This document shows, piece by piece, positions 62,860 to 64,000 of a stretch of 64,000 nucleotides of DNA (positions are counted from its first letter, which is position 1; every line of letters begins with the position of its first letter). A model generated the notes under the pieces. It was not told where the DNA came from, ran no database searches, and worked only from the letters and a program-made list of their open reading frames with translations. The translations under genes were made by a program, and so were the position numbers. The DNA comes from Mobula hypostoma. Its lineage: Eukaryota. Location: the NCBI RefSeq assembly GCF_963921235.1, contig NC_086108.1, forward strand, positions 15,314,001-15,378,000, written 5' to 3'.

Positions 62860-64000
62860 GAGGCGCTCATGGAGTGAGGTACACTTCAGCTTCGCTCCAT
62901 TCCCTTTACTTTTTTTTTACCCGTAACCAACCTTATTCATATTGATTAAACCTACACTAAAGGGTTTATATACAGATATATTTTTTGAACTTTGATTTCA
63001 AGTTGTTGGAAATGACAACTCTCAGACGAAGGGATGTTAAAAACAGCAAAGATTCTGACGGCAAGGTAAGAAAAAATGGCGATCCTAAGCCATCTACAGA
63101 CATCCCATTAACTTTAGATACAATTTCGAACCTTTTAGATGAAAAATTCAACCGTCAAGATGAAAAAATTTCCTACAGATTTTCTGTGATTGAAGGAGTT
63201 TTAAAGACAGTTGAAGATAATCTTAGATCGTTTAGACGCAAATTTGAACAACAATAAGCAAGAATTTCAGAACTCGATGAAGCTGCTCGGCGAAGGGATT
63301 GGAAAATTGAATCCTTGGAGCAAAATTTATCTTTGACACCTCAAATGTTGGAACGTTATAAATCCAAGATTATCGATCTTGAAAATTGCTCCCGAAGACA
63401 GAATTTGCAGATAATCGGACTCCCCGAAGACGTTGAGAAGGGTGATCCTGTTAAATTCTTTTCTCAATTTTTAATGGACGCGTTTGGATCAGAAGTTTTG
63501 GATACCCCTCCATTAATAGACCGAGCTCACCGTATTCCTTTCGCCAAACCGATCGCAGGTTCTAAACCAAGAGTTGTTATTATTTGGTTCCATTATGTTC
63601 ACTTCAAAGATCGTCTGGTACGAGCTGCCCGAAGAATAGGAATGATCGAATTTCAAAGTTTCAAATTTAGTTTGGTTGAGGATTTTAGTTCTGAAGTTTT
63701 AAGGGAAAGGAATGGCTTTTAAACCATTGTCTTCTGAATTTTATCAGAAAGGTTTTAAACCAGCTCTCCTTTACCCAGCTTGTCTGAGAATTGTCCTCGC
63801 CTATAAGTCTCACCGTCTCTTTAAATCTCCGATTGAAGCTCAAAAATTTCTTGATGATCTGAATTTGTCTGCTAAGACCTAATTAATCTACTATTTCTTT
63901 TTTCATGTTTGTTCTTACTTGTTTTTGATTAATAACAGATTTACAGATTTGAATCTTTGATAGTTTGAGGACTATGTTCTTGGTTTGTAGTGTAGGTATT
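62860..64000 (+). mobile_element. L1/Tx1-clade LINE 5' end with disrupted ORF1 (~63012-63883)
   Basis: Coiled coil, then DLENCSRRQNLQIIGLPE...IDRAHR...KPRVVII...EDFS (L1 ORF1p RRM/CTD). Stop at 63255 and frameshift near 63715. Confidence 0.88.

Noticed and set aside
800..63722. Most ORFs in the supplied track as host genes
   Set aside because: They are TE fragments, antisense frames of TEs or chance ORFs. Only three spliced exons form a coherent, phase-compatible protein.
43677..64000. Next RABGAP1L exon (IID...FPIYKVLFC-like) or a nested GPR52 gene
   Set aside because: I saw no such peptide and no long GPCR ORF; both presumably lie downstream.

Overview
This is eukaryotic (vertebrate) genomic DNA, most likely from a cartilaginous fish and probably a ray, judging by its repeat content (V-SINE/HE1-like SINEs, abundant CR1, Rex1 and Penelope-like elements). 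It holds the 5' part of one + strand gene, RABGAP1L. I find a CpG-rich promoter with a non-coding first exon (splice donor at 7146) and three phase-compatible coding exons (27376-27516, 32175-32337, 43469-43676). These encode the N-terminus and the start of the PTB domain; the gene continues beyond the window. Most of the rest is intron filled with transposable elements, often nested: CR1, Rex1/Babar, an L1/Tx1 ORF1, a Vingi/Ingi-like fragment, three solo LTRs, Tc1, hAT, Harbinger and Tigger elements, and SINEs. Two structures stand out. (1) A Penelope-like (RT + GIY-YIG) family carries a minimal hammerhead-ribozyme motif in its 3' tail and has produced a graded series of fold-back mini-elements (about 90 bp to 1.1 kb), each flanked by an 11-16 bp target-site duplication (TSD). 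(2) An old inverted duplication of apparently non-TE sequence (53334-60663) retains an 85-bp perfectly complementary core. I found no rRNA, tRNA gene or CRISPR array. All family assignments come from motif recognition by eye; no database search was run.
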